Shown here: positions 29,859 to 40,568 of the stretch, one piece after another
Layout: every line of letters begins with the position of its first letter
How positions within the stretch are numbered: position 1 is the first letter of the stretch
Notes under the pieces: model-generated
What the model was told of the DNA's origin: nothing
Database searches by the model: none
The model's input: the letters and a program-made list of their open reading frames with translations, nothing else
Translations under genes and position numbers: made by a program
NCBI GenBank assembly: GCA_027532905.1
Contig: JAPZUA010000001.1
Span: 147,565 to 211,564, forward strand
Length of the DNA stretch: 64,000 bases
Source of the DNA: Magnetospirillum sp.
Lineage (GTDB): Bacteria > Pseudomonadota > Alphaproteobacteria > CACIAM-22H2
Direction of reading: 5' to 3'

Positions 29859-30642
29859 AACCTTGCTCCTCTTCGGCCGCATTGGGTGCGGTGGCAGCGG
29901 GTGCGGCGCGCACATATTCGGGAAAGCGCGCGCAGAGATTTTCGATGTTCGCCAGCGTGCCGGACAGATGCTTGCGCAGAAAAGCTTGCGCCACTTCCGG
30001 CTGGCGGTCGGCGATGGCTTCGACGATCGCCTGATGGTCATCGAGAACGATCTGGATCTTGCCGCGGGCGGGCAAATGCAGGCGCCGCAGCCGGTCGATC
30101 TGGCCGCTGTGGCGGCGGGCGAGATGCCACAGATCCTGCACGCGCGCCGCCTCGTACATCAGGCGGTGGAAATGCTGGTCCTCGGCCGAGAAGGCGCCAA
30201 TATCGCTGTCCTTGGCGATCAGGCGCTGGCGCGCAAGCGAGGCGCGCAAGGAAGCGATCAGCTCAGCCGAAGGCGCCATCGCAAGCTCGCGCACGATTTC
30301 GAGCTCGATCGAACGGCGCAGAAAATGCGCCGCGCGCGCGGCCGTAAGGTCGATGAGACTCACGACCGTGGCATGCTGCGGAAAAACTTCGACGAGCCCT
30401 TCGGCCGCCAGCCGCATCAGCGCATCGCGCACCGGCGTTTGGCTCACGCCCAATTGGCGCGCAAGTGCGGCACGCGACAAGACCGTGCCCGGTGCCAGTT
30501 GCAGCGACACGATTGCCTCGCGCAGCCGCTCGAAGGCGTGGGGTGCAGCCCGGCCGCGGCGCACGGGCACCGGCTTGGGTGCCGCAGCCGCCAATCGGCG
30601 GACGGGTTTGCGCGAGCGCAGCGGGGCAGCAGGCGTTGCCAT
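29857..30642 (-). CDS. GntR family transcriptional regulator (FadR/FCD subfamily)
   Basis: N-terminal wHTH (LARQLGVSQTPVRDALMRLAAEGLV) plus a C-terminal FCD domain. Confidence 0.8.
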   Translation of the reverse strand: MATPAAPLRSRKPVRRLAAAAPKPVPVRRGRAAPHAFERLREAIVSLQLAPGTVLSRAALARQLGVSQTPVRDALMRLAAEGLVEVFPQHATVVSLIDLTAARAAHFLRRSIELEIVRELAMAPSAELIASLRASLARQRLIAKDSDIGAFSAEDQHFHRLMYEAARVQDLWHLARRHSGQIDRLRRLHLPARGKIQIVLDDHQAIVEAIADRQPEVAQAFLRKHLSGTLANIENLCARFPEYVRAAPAATAPNAAEEEQG

Positions 30643-30676
30643 GAAACGCAGTGTATCAGAACGCGCGCTAGCGTCG

Positions 30677-30696
30677 AGCACTAATATATTAGTGCT
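30677..30696. promoter_or_regulatory. perfect 18-20 bp palindrome aGCACTAATATATTAGTGCt in the gntR-udh divergent promoter
   Basis: Exact reverse-complement symmetry verified base by base. Centred in an 80-bp divergent intergenic region. Confidence 0.7.
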
Positions 30697-30722
30697 TTGA
30701 AGCGAACCGCTTCCCCGCTAAA

Positions 30723-31559
30723 GTGGCCTTTATAAACGAACGGGAGGGACCCTTGAACATTCTTCTGACCGGTGCCGCCGGGCATATCGGCGGCAAACTG
30801 CGCCGCCTGTTCGCCGGGCGATTCTCGAAACTGCGCGTGAGCGATATCGCCCCCATCGCGGATCTCGCCCCCGGAGAAGAGAATTTCACCTGCGATCTTG
30901 CCGACCGCGACGCGGTCGAACGTGCCATGGTCGGAATCGACGGTGTCATCCATCTCGGCGCCTTGTCGGTCGAGTACGATTTCGACCGCATTCTGCAGGC
31001 CAACATCGTCGGCACCTACAATGTCTACGAGGCCGCACGCAAAGCCGGCACCAAGCGCATCGTGTTCGGCAGTTCGAACCATGCGGTGGGCTTCCATCCG
31101 CGCACGACCACGATCGACCACCGCGTCGATATCCGCCCCGATACGCGCTACGGCCTCAGCAAATGCTGGGGCGAAGCGGTGTCGGCCCTTTATGCCGACA
31201 AATACGGCGTCGAGACGCTCAACATCCGCATAGGCAATGCGGCCGACGTGCCGCAGACCTTGCGCGCCCTCGCCCTTTGGACGAGTGCACGCGATCTCGC
31301 CCAGCTCATCGCGATCGGCCTTGAGCATCCGGATATTCGCTGCGAGATCGTGTACGGCATCTCGCGCAACAGCCGCGCCTGGTACGACAATTCGAACGCC
31401 TATCGCCTCGGCTACAAGCCGCAGGACAGTGCCGACGACCATGTCGCGGCCGCCGAAGCCGGCGAAAGGAGTGCCGTGCAGGACGAGATCTCGCTGCACT
31501 TCCAGGGCGGGCCGTTCTGCTCGGCCGAATACGCAAAACCGCTGCGCGCGGCCCGTTAG
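30723..31559 (+). CDS. udh: uronate dehydrogenase (NAD-dependent epimerase/dehydratase fold)
   Basis: Strong similarity to Agrobacterium/Pseudomonas Udh (GAAGHIGG, YGLSKCWGE, LHFQGG near the C-terminus). Confidence 0.8.
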   Translation: MAFINEREGPLNILLTGAAGHIGGKLRRLFAGRFSKLRVSDIAPIADLAPGEENFTCDLADRDAVERAMVGIDGVIHLGALSVEYDFDRILQANIVGTYNVYEAARKAGTKRIVFGSSNHAVGFHPRTTTIDHRVDIRPDTRYGLSKCWGEAVSALYADKYGVETLNIRIGNAADVPQTLRALALWTSARDLAQLIAIGLEHPDIRCEIVYGISRNSRAWYDNSNAYRLGYKPQDSADDHVAAAEAGERSAVQDEISLHFQGGPFCSAEYAKPLRAAR

Positions 31560-31563
31560 CGCC

Positions 31564-32835
31564 ATGAATCGCTCCAATCCGCGCATCGCCGCCGTCCGCA
31601 CCACGCCGATCGCCTTTCGCGATCCCCCGCTCCTCAACGTGGCCGGCGTGCACGAGGCTTTTGCCTTGCGCAGCATCATCGAGGTCGAAACCGAAGACGG
31701 CCGCATCGGCCTCGGCGAGAGCTACGGCGATCTCGAAACGCTCGCCAACCTCGCCAAGATCGGCCCAATGCTCGTGGGCCTCGATCCCTACGACCTCAAC
31801 GGGCTTGCGAGCCGCAGCTACCAAGCGGTGACGGGCCAGGAATTCGCGGGCCAGACCTATCCGGCCGCCGGCGACAAAGCGCTGGCGAGTGCGACCGCCG
31901 CCTTCGAAGTGGCGTTCCTCGATCTGCAGGGCCAGATCGCGGGCTTGCCGCTCTATGCGATCCTCGGCGGCAAGGTGCGCAGCCACGTGCCCTTCAGCGC
32001 CTATCTCTTCTACAAATTCAAGCAGCACAAGGACAATCCCGGCTACCCCGCCGACGATTGGGGCGAGGCGATCGACCATGCCCAGATCGTGGCGCAGGCC
32101 AAGCGCATGGTGCTTGAATGCGGCTTCGGTTCGATCAAGCTCAAAGCCGGCGTGTTCGAACCCGATTTCGAAATCGAATCCCTGCGTGCATTGCGCAAGG
32201 CCTTCCCCGACCATCCGCTGCGCATCGATCCCAATGGCGGCTGGTCGGTCGCGACGACCAAGCGCGTGATGCCGCAGCTCGACGGTTTGCTCGAATATCT
32301 CGAGGACCCGACCGGTACGCTCGAAGAAATGGGCGAGGTCGCGACCTTCGCCAAAATGCCGCTTGCGACGAACATGGTCACGATCGCCTTCGGCCATATC
32401 CCGAAATCGGTGCGACTCAATTCCGTGCAGATCGTGCTGAGCGACCACCATTACTGGGGCGGCCTGCGCGCGACCCAGAATCTGGCGCAGATCGGCCGCG
32501 TGTTCGGGCTTGGCATCTCGATGCATTCGAACTCGCATCTCGGAATCAGCTTGGCGGCGATGACGCATGTGGGAGCGACGATCCCGAACCTCGCCTATGC
32601 CTGCGACACGCACTATCCCTGGCAGGTCGAAGAGGTGATCGACGGCGGCAAGCTGAAGTTCGAGGGCGGCAGCCTGGCGCCGCCGCAGGGCCACGGCCTC
32701 GGCGTGCGCCTCGACCGCACCGCCCTTGCCACGCTGCATCGCCAGTACCAGACCTGCGGCATTCGCAAGCGCGACGACGCCAAAGAGATGCGCAAATACC
32801 GGCCGGACTGGAGCTCGGCGCGGCCGCGCTTCTAG
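31564..32835 (+). CDS. gudD: glucarate dehydratase (enolase superfamily)
   Basis: GudD-like features (KLKAGVFEPDFEIESLRAL, DPNGGW, 423 aa). Confidence 0.75.
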   Translation: MNRSNPRIAAVRTTPIAFRDPPLLNVAGVHEAFALRSIIEVETEDGRIGLGESYGDLETLANLAKIGPMLVGLDPYDLNGLASRSYQAVTGQEFAGQTYPAAGDKALASATAAFEVAFLDLQGQIAGLPLYAILGGKVRSHVPFSAYLFYKFKQHKDNPGYPADDWGEAIDHAQIVAQAKRMVLECGFGSIKLKAGVFEPDFEIESLRALRKAFPDHPLRIDPNGGWSVATTKRVMPQLDGLLEYLEDPTGTLEEMGEVATFAKMPLATNMVTIAFGHIPKSVRLNSVQIVLSDHHYWGGLRATQNLAQIGRVFGLGISMHSNSHLGISLAAMTHVGATIPNLAYACDTHYPWQVEEVIDGGKLKFEGGSLAPPQGHGLGVRLDRTALATLHRQYQTCGIRKRDDAKEMRKYRPDWSSARPRF

Positions 32836-32837
32836 GC

Positions 32838-33404
32838 TTAGACCGCGAAGAAGACCGTTTCGCCTTCGCCTTGCAGGCGGATATCGAACCGCCACTGGCC
32901 GGACGCTTCTTGCGTTGCGATCAATGTCGAGCGCCGCTCGGCCGGCACTAACGCGAGCACCGGGTCGGTTGCGTTGGCGGCTTCGCCTGCAAAATAGACG
33001 CGTGTATAAAGCCGGTTCAGCAATCCGCGCCCGAGGACGGAAACGGCGATGTGCGGGGCGCTTGCACCTGCCGCACCCGGCCTTACGGTCTGCAACCGGA
33101 AGACGCCGCCCGCATCCGTGGCCACGCGTGCGAACCCTCGGAACGGCGCATTGGCGGGCAGCCCCGCATCCGCCCCCGCATAGCGCCCGGCCGCATCGGC
33201 CTGCCAGAATTCGAGCATTGCATCGCCGACGGGCGCGCCATCGCCGTCCAACACCGCGCCGACGATTTCGATCGCGGCTCCTGCCCCTGCTATCGCCGCA
33301 TCGACGGCGGCTTGGTAGGGATAGCCCGCCGGCGTCAGGCAATAATGGAAAAACGGTCCCACCGTCTGCGACGGCGTGATGCCCAACGTTTTGCGCTCAA
33401 CCAT
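32838..33404 (-). CDS. pcaG: protocatechuate 3,4-dioxygenase alpha subunit
   Basis: ITPSQTVGPFF... and RFDIRLQGEGETVFFAV C-terminus, as in Pseudomonas putida PcaG. Confidence 0.9.
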   Translation of the reverse strand: MVERKTLGITPSQTVGPFFHYCLTPAGYPYQAAVDAAIAGAGAAIEIVGAVLDGDGAPVGDAMLEFWQADAAGRYAGADAGLPANAPFRGFARVATDAGGVFRLQTVRPGAAGASAPHIAVSVLGRGLLNRLYTRVYFAGEAANATDPVLALVPAERRSTLIATQEASGQWRFDIRLQGEGETVFFAV

Positions 33405-34110
33405 GCGAACCACTTTCCATCGGCGTGGCCGCACGGCCGCGCAGCACGATGTCCCACACATAGCCGAGCGCCCATTCGGGCATCGTCGTGTCGATGTCGA
33501 AGCGCGCCACCATGCGGGCGCGCGCGGCGGCATCGGGCACCGAACCCATGATCGGATCGAGTGCGTGCAGCGGATCGCCGGGGAAATACATCTGCGTCAC
33601 CAGCCGCTGCAGAAACGAGCGCCCGAACAGCGAAAAATGGATGTGCGCGGGCCGCCAAGCATTGGCGTGGTTGCGCCACGGATAGGCCCCCGGGCGGATC
33701 GTGGTGAAGCGATAGCGCCCTTGCGCATCGGTCGCCACGCGCCCCGCCCCGTAGAAATGCGGATCGAGCGGGGCCGGATGCTGGTCGACCGCATGGATGT
33801 AGCGGCCCGCCGCATTGGCCTGCCAGATCTCGACGAGCGTGTCGGGCACAGGCCTGCCGTCTTCGTCGAGCACGCGGCCCGACACGACGATGCGCTCGCC
33901 TTGCGCCTCTTTGCCGTCGTCGGTCTTCGTAAGATCGTCGTCGCCGGGGCGGCTCGCATCGTGCCCGAGCATGGGCCCCGACAATTCGGAAGCCCCCGCC
34001 TGGATCGCGATCGGCGGCAGCAAGGGTGCGCGCTTCTGCGTGCTGCGATAGCCCGGCGACAGCGACGGCGCATGCGCTGCCAAACTCGCCACGGGATAGA
34101 TGTCGGTCAT
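33397..34110 (-). CDS. pcaH: protocatechuate 3,4-dioxygenase beta subunit
   Basis: TLVEIWQANAAGRYIH...TIRPGAYPWRNHANAWRPAHIHFSLFG. Confidence 0.9.
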   Translation of the reverse strand: MTDIYPVASLAAHAPSLSPGYRSTQKRAPLLPPIAIQAGASELSGPMLGHDASRPGDDDLTKTDDGKEAQGERIVVSGRVLDEDGRPVPDTLVEIWQANAAGRYIHAVDQHPAPLDPHFYGAGRVATDAQGRYRFTTIRPGAYPWRNHANAWRPAHIHFSLFGRSFLQRLVTQMYFPGDPLHALDPIMGSVPDAAARARMVARFDIDTTMPEWALGYVWDIVLRGRAATPMESGSHG

Positions 34111-34156
34111 GTCGTCTCCCCCCACTCTGTCCCAGCACTTGGCGTGCCGCTTCAGA

Positions 34157-34209
34157 TACGCGACAACAGGCTACAATCGGCGACAGGCGTTGACTATAGG
34201 CGACATCGG
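34157..34209. promoter_or_regulatory. three direct repeats (G)GCGACA spaced 20 bp apart upstream of pcaHG
   Basis: acGCGACAacagg / tcGGCGACAggcg / taGGCGACAtcgg at 34157, 34177 and 34197, i.e. a two-helical-turn periodicity. Confidence 0.45.
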
Positions 34210-34415
34210 TAACCTATTTCCAACGCGCTGAAAACAAACACGAAGCACGCGATTTTGGGCCAATTGGGAGACGGATTCGGATTTTTCGAAATGTCGCCAA
34301 TAGCCTTATTTCACCATGTCAAACAGCACAACGCCGCTGCCCCTCTTTTGCCGAAAGAGGAGCAGCGGCGCATTGTTCGAGAATACGCAGAACACAACCT
34401 AAATATCAATGATTT

Positions 34416-34832
34416 TCAGGCTGCGGCTTCGAACAGAATGTCCTGGGCACCCTGCCACAGCACGGTCTTGCCGAAGCTCGCGAGATTTTCGAGCCCGTCG
34501 GTCAGCGTGATGAAATGGTTGCCGGCCAACTGCCCGACCTTGCTCGCAAAGCGCACGCCACCATAGGCCAAGATGAGCTCGGTTTCGCTGATGCCGCCGG
34601 GATAAAGCAGGATATGGCCGGGGGCGGGATAGCTCGTGTGGTTCTCGAGCCCGAGGCCCAAATCGAGCGAGCCGAGCGGAATCCAGCAGCCCTCCCCACT
34701 CCAGCGCACATGGATGATCTTGCTGCGCCAGGGCAGCAGGCTGCGGAATTTCGCCACCGTCGCCGGGGCCGCTTCCGTCTCGAACCGACCGCCGAACACA
34801 TAGCTACCTGCCGTCACGCGCACGCGATCCAT
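34416..34832 (-). CDS. small conserved hypothetical protein (DUF3830/cyclophilin-like fold?)
   Basis: 138-aa ORF upstream of pcaHG on the same strand. Sequence looks non-random, but the family assignment is from memory only. Confidence 0.4.
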   Translation of the reverse strand: MDRVRVTAGSYVFGGRFETEAAPATVAKFRSLLPWRSKIIHVRWSGEGCWIPLGSLDLGLGLENHTSYPAPGHILLYPGGISETELILAYGGVRFASKVGQLAGNHFITLTDGLENLASFGKTVLWQGAQDILFEAAA

Positions 34833-34968
34833 TTTTTACCCTCTTGTTCGCCGATGATGCCGTTGTCGATCGACGGAATCTAGACGGCTCAGGTGCGGAC
34901 GTCCAACCCGCGACGTTGGCGGTCAACTCTCCGATTGTATGGCCGAAAAAAAAGCACGGATACTCGCA

Positions 34969-34997
34969 TTGACTTTCGATGATATTCGTATTATGTT
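34969..34997 (+). promoter_or_regulatory. candidate sigma70 promoter TTGACT-N17-TATGTT
   Basis: Found in an AT-rich stretch 40 nt upstream of the 35036 ATG. Confidence 0.35.
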
Positions 34998-35035
34998 CTT
35001 ATAAGACTATATAACCCTTTAGAGGTATTTAGCCT

Positions 35036-35512
35036 ATGCCGCTTATCGACAAGAAAATCCCCGGCTGGCTGAAAGGTGCGGTCGCCGGGATGCTGCTGCT
35101 GACGGTCGGGCATTTCATCTACCAGACCTTTTTCGTCGGCTGGCGGGAGTATCAAGTACTTGTCTTTGCGGATCAGCCTTTCGGGACTACCGACATCCGC
35201 TACGACATCTTCCTCGACGGCAACTACCGAGAAAAAACATTTTTCGTCAAACCGGCGCCGGACAGCACTTTCAGTCTCTTCGGCGCTGAACCGTTTCGCT
35301 CGACGGAGCGTCGCGTAAGCCTAGCGCTCGTTCCGCATTCGACCAACACAGCGCATCCGACCTACCGGTTCGTCGTCGAAGGCGATCCTGAAGGACATCG
35401 GTATTGCGAGATCGTGGTCTATCTGCACAACGGGACGCCCACAGTCGAAGCATGCAAGTTCAGAGAGTACGACGCTACGCTGTTTGGATTCTTCTTGAAC
35501 GTCGTCAACTGA
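35036..35512 (+). CDS. membrane-anchored protein of unknown function (158 aa)
   Basis: N-terminal TM helix (GAVAGMLLLTVGHFIY). Low-GC codon usage. RBS AGAGGTAT. Confidence 0.5.
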   Translation: MPLIDKKIPGWLKGAVAGMLLLTVGHFIYQTFFVGWREYQVLVFADQPFGTTDIRYDIFLDGNYREKTFFVKPAPDSTFSLFGAEPFRSTERRVSLALVPHSTNTAHPTYRFVVEGDPEGHRYCEIVVYLHNGTPTVEACKFREYDATLFGFFLNVVN

Positions 35513-35533
35513 CGGAAGGAGGAGGCAAACACC

Positions 35534-36295
35534 ATGAGCGAGAAAACACAAAGGCCGGTACCGCCCGTCGATCGGGCATACCCAAACGAACTGGAGGAAG
35601 CGGTTGCCCAAAACGCGCGACAGACCTCATACCCTGGCGCCAACAACGGTCCAGCCGATGCCTACCGACACATGTTCGGTATCGCCGAAGTGCAGCGACG
35701 TAGCTCTCAGACTGTCGCGCGCACTGTCGGAACCGCGAATGAAATCGACCGCAAGACCTGGCGCCTCAAGACGGACGCCGGTTCGCAAATGGATCTTCAC
35801 AACAATCGCATTGGCGAACGAATTGGCCGCGCCGCGCGCAACACCGCCGAGGTCGAAGCGTTGGTGCATGCCGAGGTGCGCGCCGCTGCCATCGAGGGCG
35901 GAACGGGGAAGAACGGCGCCGCCATATATCTGGCGCCCGAGAACTGGACCGGCGACGGCAATCGAACAACACCGATCGTCTGGCCACCGCACGATCTTGC
36001 GGGATCGAGCGAGGTCGAGCGGATTCTGGGCAAACCGACGCGGCTTTGGACCTCCGACGACGCGCGCAAAGTGATGCAAGACCGCATCTACAGGCAATGC
36101 ACGCATCCGCGCCAAGCCGAAGCGTTCGAAAAAGTGCGCAAGCATTTCGAACATCGCTACCCGGCACCGACGCGCGGCAGGGCGGCCACGCAAAGCAGAG
36201 AAGGCAGCAGCGGGCCTGTCCATGTCGATGCCTATACGCGCGGGGACGGCACGCAAGTGACCACCCATTCGCGCAGCGCACCTGGACCGCGCTAG
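35534..36295 (+). CDS. hydrophilic protein of unknown function (253 aa)
   Basis: Starts 22 nt downstream of the previous ORF with RBS GGAGGAGG. No signal peptide and no known motif. Confidence 0.5.
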   Translation: MSEKTQRPVPPVDRAYPNELEEAVAQNARQTSYPGANNGPADAYRHMFGIAEVQRRSSQTVARTVGTANEIDRKTWRLKTDAGSQMDLHNNRIGERIGRAARNTAEVEALVHAEVRAAAIEGGTGKNGAAIYLAPENWTGDGNRTTPIVWPPHDLAGSSEVERILGKPTRLWTSDDARKVMQDRIYRQCTHPRQAEAFEKVRKHFEHRYPAPTRGRAATQSREGSSGPVHVDAYTRGDGTQVTTHSRSAPGPR

Positions 36296-36390
36296 CGACG
36301 CCAGGGCGCGATCCAAGCGGCGGTTGGCGGCGATGCTGTCTTTGCTCTAACCTAGCTTCCGTCGCGAACAAGAAGACGGAAGAACGCCTA

Positions 36391-37533
36391 ATGCCCCTCA
36401 TCAAATACATCACCGACATCCAGATCGATTTTGGCGCGTCGAAGCTGCTGCACGAGGCTTGCGCTTCCGCGGGCATCAAACGCCCACTGGTCGTGACCGA
36501 TAAGGGCGTGGTCGCGGCTGGTGTGGCCGCCCAAGCGCTTGCCGCGATCGAAGGGAAGCTGCCGTACGCGATTTTCGACGGCACCCCCGGCAACCCGACC
36601 GAGTCTGCCGTCGAGGCCGCCCTCGAGGCCTATCGCGCGCACGGCGCGGACGGGCTTATCGCGGTCGGCGGCGGCTCGTCGATCGATCTTGCCAAGGGCT
36701 TGGCGATCCTGGCCACGCACCCTGCCCCACTGTCGCAATACGCCACGATCAACGGCGGTGCGCCGAAGATCAGCTCGGCGTGCGCGCCCTTGATCGCGAT
36801 GCCGACCACGGCGGGGACGGGCAGCGAAGTGGCGCGCGGCGCCATCGTGATCCTCAAAGACGGGCGCAAGGTCGGGTTCCATTCCTGGCACATCGTGCCG
36901 CGCACGGCCATTCTCGATCCCGACTTGACGCTGAGCCTGCCGCCGGGCCTTACGGCCGCGACGGGCATGGATGCGATGGCGCATTGCATCGAAACCTTCC
37001 TTGCGCCCGCTTTCAACCCGCCCGCCGACGGCATTGCGCTCGACGGGCTGGCACGGGCCGCCAAATGGCTGCGCCGAGCGGTCGAAAACGGCAGCGACCG
37101 CGAAGCGCGCCGCCAGATGATGAGTGCGTCGGCGCAAGGTGCACTCGCCTTCCAGAAGGGTCTGGGCGCCGTGCATTCGCTGTCGCACGCACTTGGCAGC
37201 TACAAAGTAAAATCGCTGCATCACGGCACGCTCAATGCCGTGGTGCTGCCCGCCGTGTTGCGCTTCAACGAAACCGCCGCAAGTGCGGTCGCCGAAGATA
37301 AATACGCGCGGCTGCGCCAGGCGATGGGCCTCGCCGCAGGTGCGGCCGTCGATGCGGCAGTGGCCAAACTCAACCGCGATCTTGGCCTTGCCTCGGGGCT
37401 TGGCGCCATGGGCGTGGAAAAAGACTTCATCGACGAGGCGATCGGCAAGGCGATGAAAGACCATTGCCATGCGACCAATCCGCGCATCGCGACACCCGAA
37501 GAATATCGCGCGATGCTGGCCGAAAGCTGGTAA
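36391..37533 (+). CDS. iron-containing alcohol dehydrogenase (second copy)
   Basis: GGGSSIDLAKGLAIL, MPTTAGTGSEV, HSLSHALG. Confidence 0.8.
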   Translation: MPLIKYITDIQIDFGASKLLHEACASAGIKRPLVVTDKGVVAAGVAAQALAAIEGKLPYAIFDGTPGNPTESAVEAALEAYRAHGADGLIAVGGGSSIDLAKGLAILATHPAPLSQYATINGGAPKISSACAPLIAMPTTAGTGSEVARGAIVILKDGRKVGFHSWHIVPRTAILDPDLTLSLPPGLTAATGMDAMAHCIETFLAPAFNPPADGIALDGLARAAKWLRRAVENGSDREARRQMMSASAQGALAFQKGLGAVHSLSHALGSYKVKSLHHGTLNAVVLPAVLRFNETAASAVAEDKYARLRQAMGLAAGAAVDAAVAKLNRDLGLASGLGAMGVEKDFIDEAIGKAMKDHCHATNPRIATPEEYRAMLAESW

Positions 37534-37570
37534 GGCCGTCGCCCGCGCGTCCGCATTTTTGGAAAAAACC

Positions 37571-39105
<1,535 letters not shown>

Positions 39106-39109
<4 letters not shown>

Positions 39110-39810
39110 AGCTCGAGATAGGTTTTTCGCACGGCCGAGTCTGCCATAAGTGCGGCCATCGTGCCCGTATAGCGCACCTGACCCTTCTCGAGGATCACGG
39201 TGCGGTCGGCGAGCCGCCGTGCGAAATGCAGATTCTGCTCGCACAGCAGCACGGCGAGGCCTTCTTGTTTGAGCGCGGCGATGGCCGCCTCCATCTGCTC
39301 GACGATGAGTGGGGCCAAGCCTTCCGACGGTTCGTCGAGCAGCAGCATTTTGGGATTGCCCATCAGCGTGCGCGCGACCGCGAGCATCTGCTGCTCGCCG
39401 CCCGACATGCGCCCGCCCGGCCGGTCGATCAGCGTTTCGAGATTGGGGAAGAGCTTGAACAGGCGCGCATGCGTCCAAGGCGCGAACCCGTCGCGCGGGG
39501 GGCGGCGCGCCACTTCGAGATTCTCGCGAACCGTAAGGTCCGTGAAAATCCGCCGTTCCTCGGGCACATAGCCGAGCCCGAGCCGCGCGATGCGATAGGG
39601 CGCCAAGCCCGCAATGTCGGCGCCGTCGAAAACGATGCGCCCGCGCGTGGGCGGTACGATCCCCAAGATCGCTTTGAGCGTGGTCGATTTGCCGGCCCCG
39701 TTGCGGCCCAGAAGCGCGACCACTTCGCCGGCCGCGACGTCGAGCGACACACCCGAGAGAATCTGCGCGCGGCCGTAGCTTGCGTCGAGATCGCGAAGTT
39801 CGAGCATCAT
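39106..39810 (-). CDS. livF: branched-chain amino acid ABC transporter ATP-binding protein
   Basis: LivF-type ABC domain. Confidence 0.8.
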
Positions 39811-40568
39811 GTCGCGTCGCCGTACATGGTGCCCGCACCGAGATAGACGCGGCGCACGGTGGGATCGTTGCGCACGGTCTCGGGGCTACCCTCGGCGATC
39901 AGGCGGCCGCGATCGAGCACGAGGATGCGGTCGGCGTGGGCGAACACCGTGTCCATGTCGTGCTCGGTGAAGAGCACGCCGATCTTATCGCGGCGCGCGA
40001 GGTTTGCCGTAAGCGCCATCAGCGCAAGCCGCTCGGCCGGCGCCATCCCGGCCGTGGGCTCATCCATCAGCAAGAGCCGCGGTTTGCCCGCCAGGGCCAC
40101 CGCAAGTTCGACGCGCTTCAAATCGCCGTAGGCGAGCGTGCCGCATTGCCGTTCGGCTTGGTCTGCCATACCCACGCGTGCCAGCAATGCAAACGCTTCG
40201 TCGCGAAAGAGCGCATCGGCCGAGCGCCACAGGCCAAAGCTTTTGCCCGCGAACGACTGCAACGCAGTCTGCACGTTCTCGCGCACACGCATCGAGGCGA
40301 AGGTCGCCGTGATCTGGAAGGTGCGGCCCACGCCCAAGCGCGCGATCGCGCGCGGCGGCAGCCTCGCGATGTTTTCACCCGCCAGCAGGATCGTGCCGCG
40401 ATCAGGCGCAAGCTGGCCGTTCAGCATGTTGAAGCACGTACTCTTGCCGGCCCCGTTGGGGCCGATCAACGCAACGACCTCGCCGGGGTCAACCGCGAAG
40501 CCGACATCGACGACAGCTTCGACGCCGCCGAAGGCTTTGCGCAAGTCCGTTGCGACGAGAAGCGTCAT
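39807..40568 (-). CDS. livG: branched-chain amino acid ABC transporter ATP-binding protein
   Basis: LivG-type ABC domain. ATGA overlaps on both sides. Confidence 0.8.
   Translation of the reverse strand: MTLLVATDLRKAFGGVEAVVDVGFAVDPGEVVALIGPNGAGKSTCFNMLNGQLAPDRGTILLAGENIARLPPRAIARLGVGRTFQITATFASMRVRENVQTALQSFAGKSFGLWRSADALFRDEAFALLARVGMADQAERQCGTLAYGDLKRVELAVALAGKPRLLLMDEPTAGMAPAERLALMALTANLARRDKIGVLFTEHDMDTVFAHADRILVLDRGRLIAEGSPETVRNDPTVRRVYLGAGTMYGDAT

Noticed and set aside
31306-33342. 678-aa minus-strand ORF
   Set aside because: Antisense to gudD, then runs into pcaG in a different frame.
34255-34566. 103-aa plus-strand ORF upstream of pcaH
   Set aside because: Overlaps the better-supported minus-strand 138-aa ORF and the intergenic hairpin. 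No RBS.
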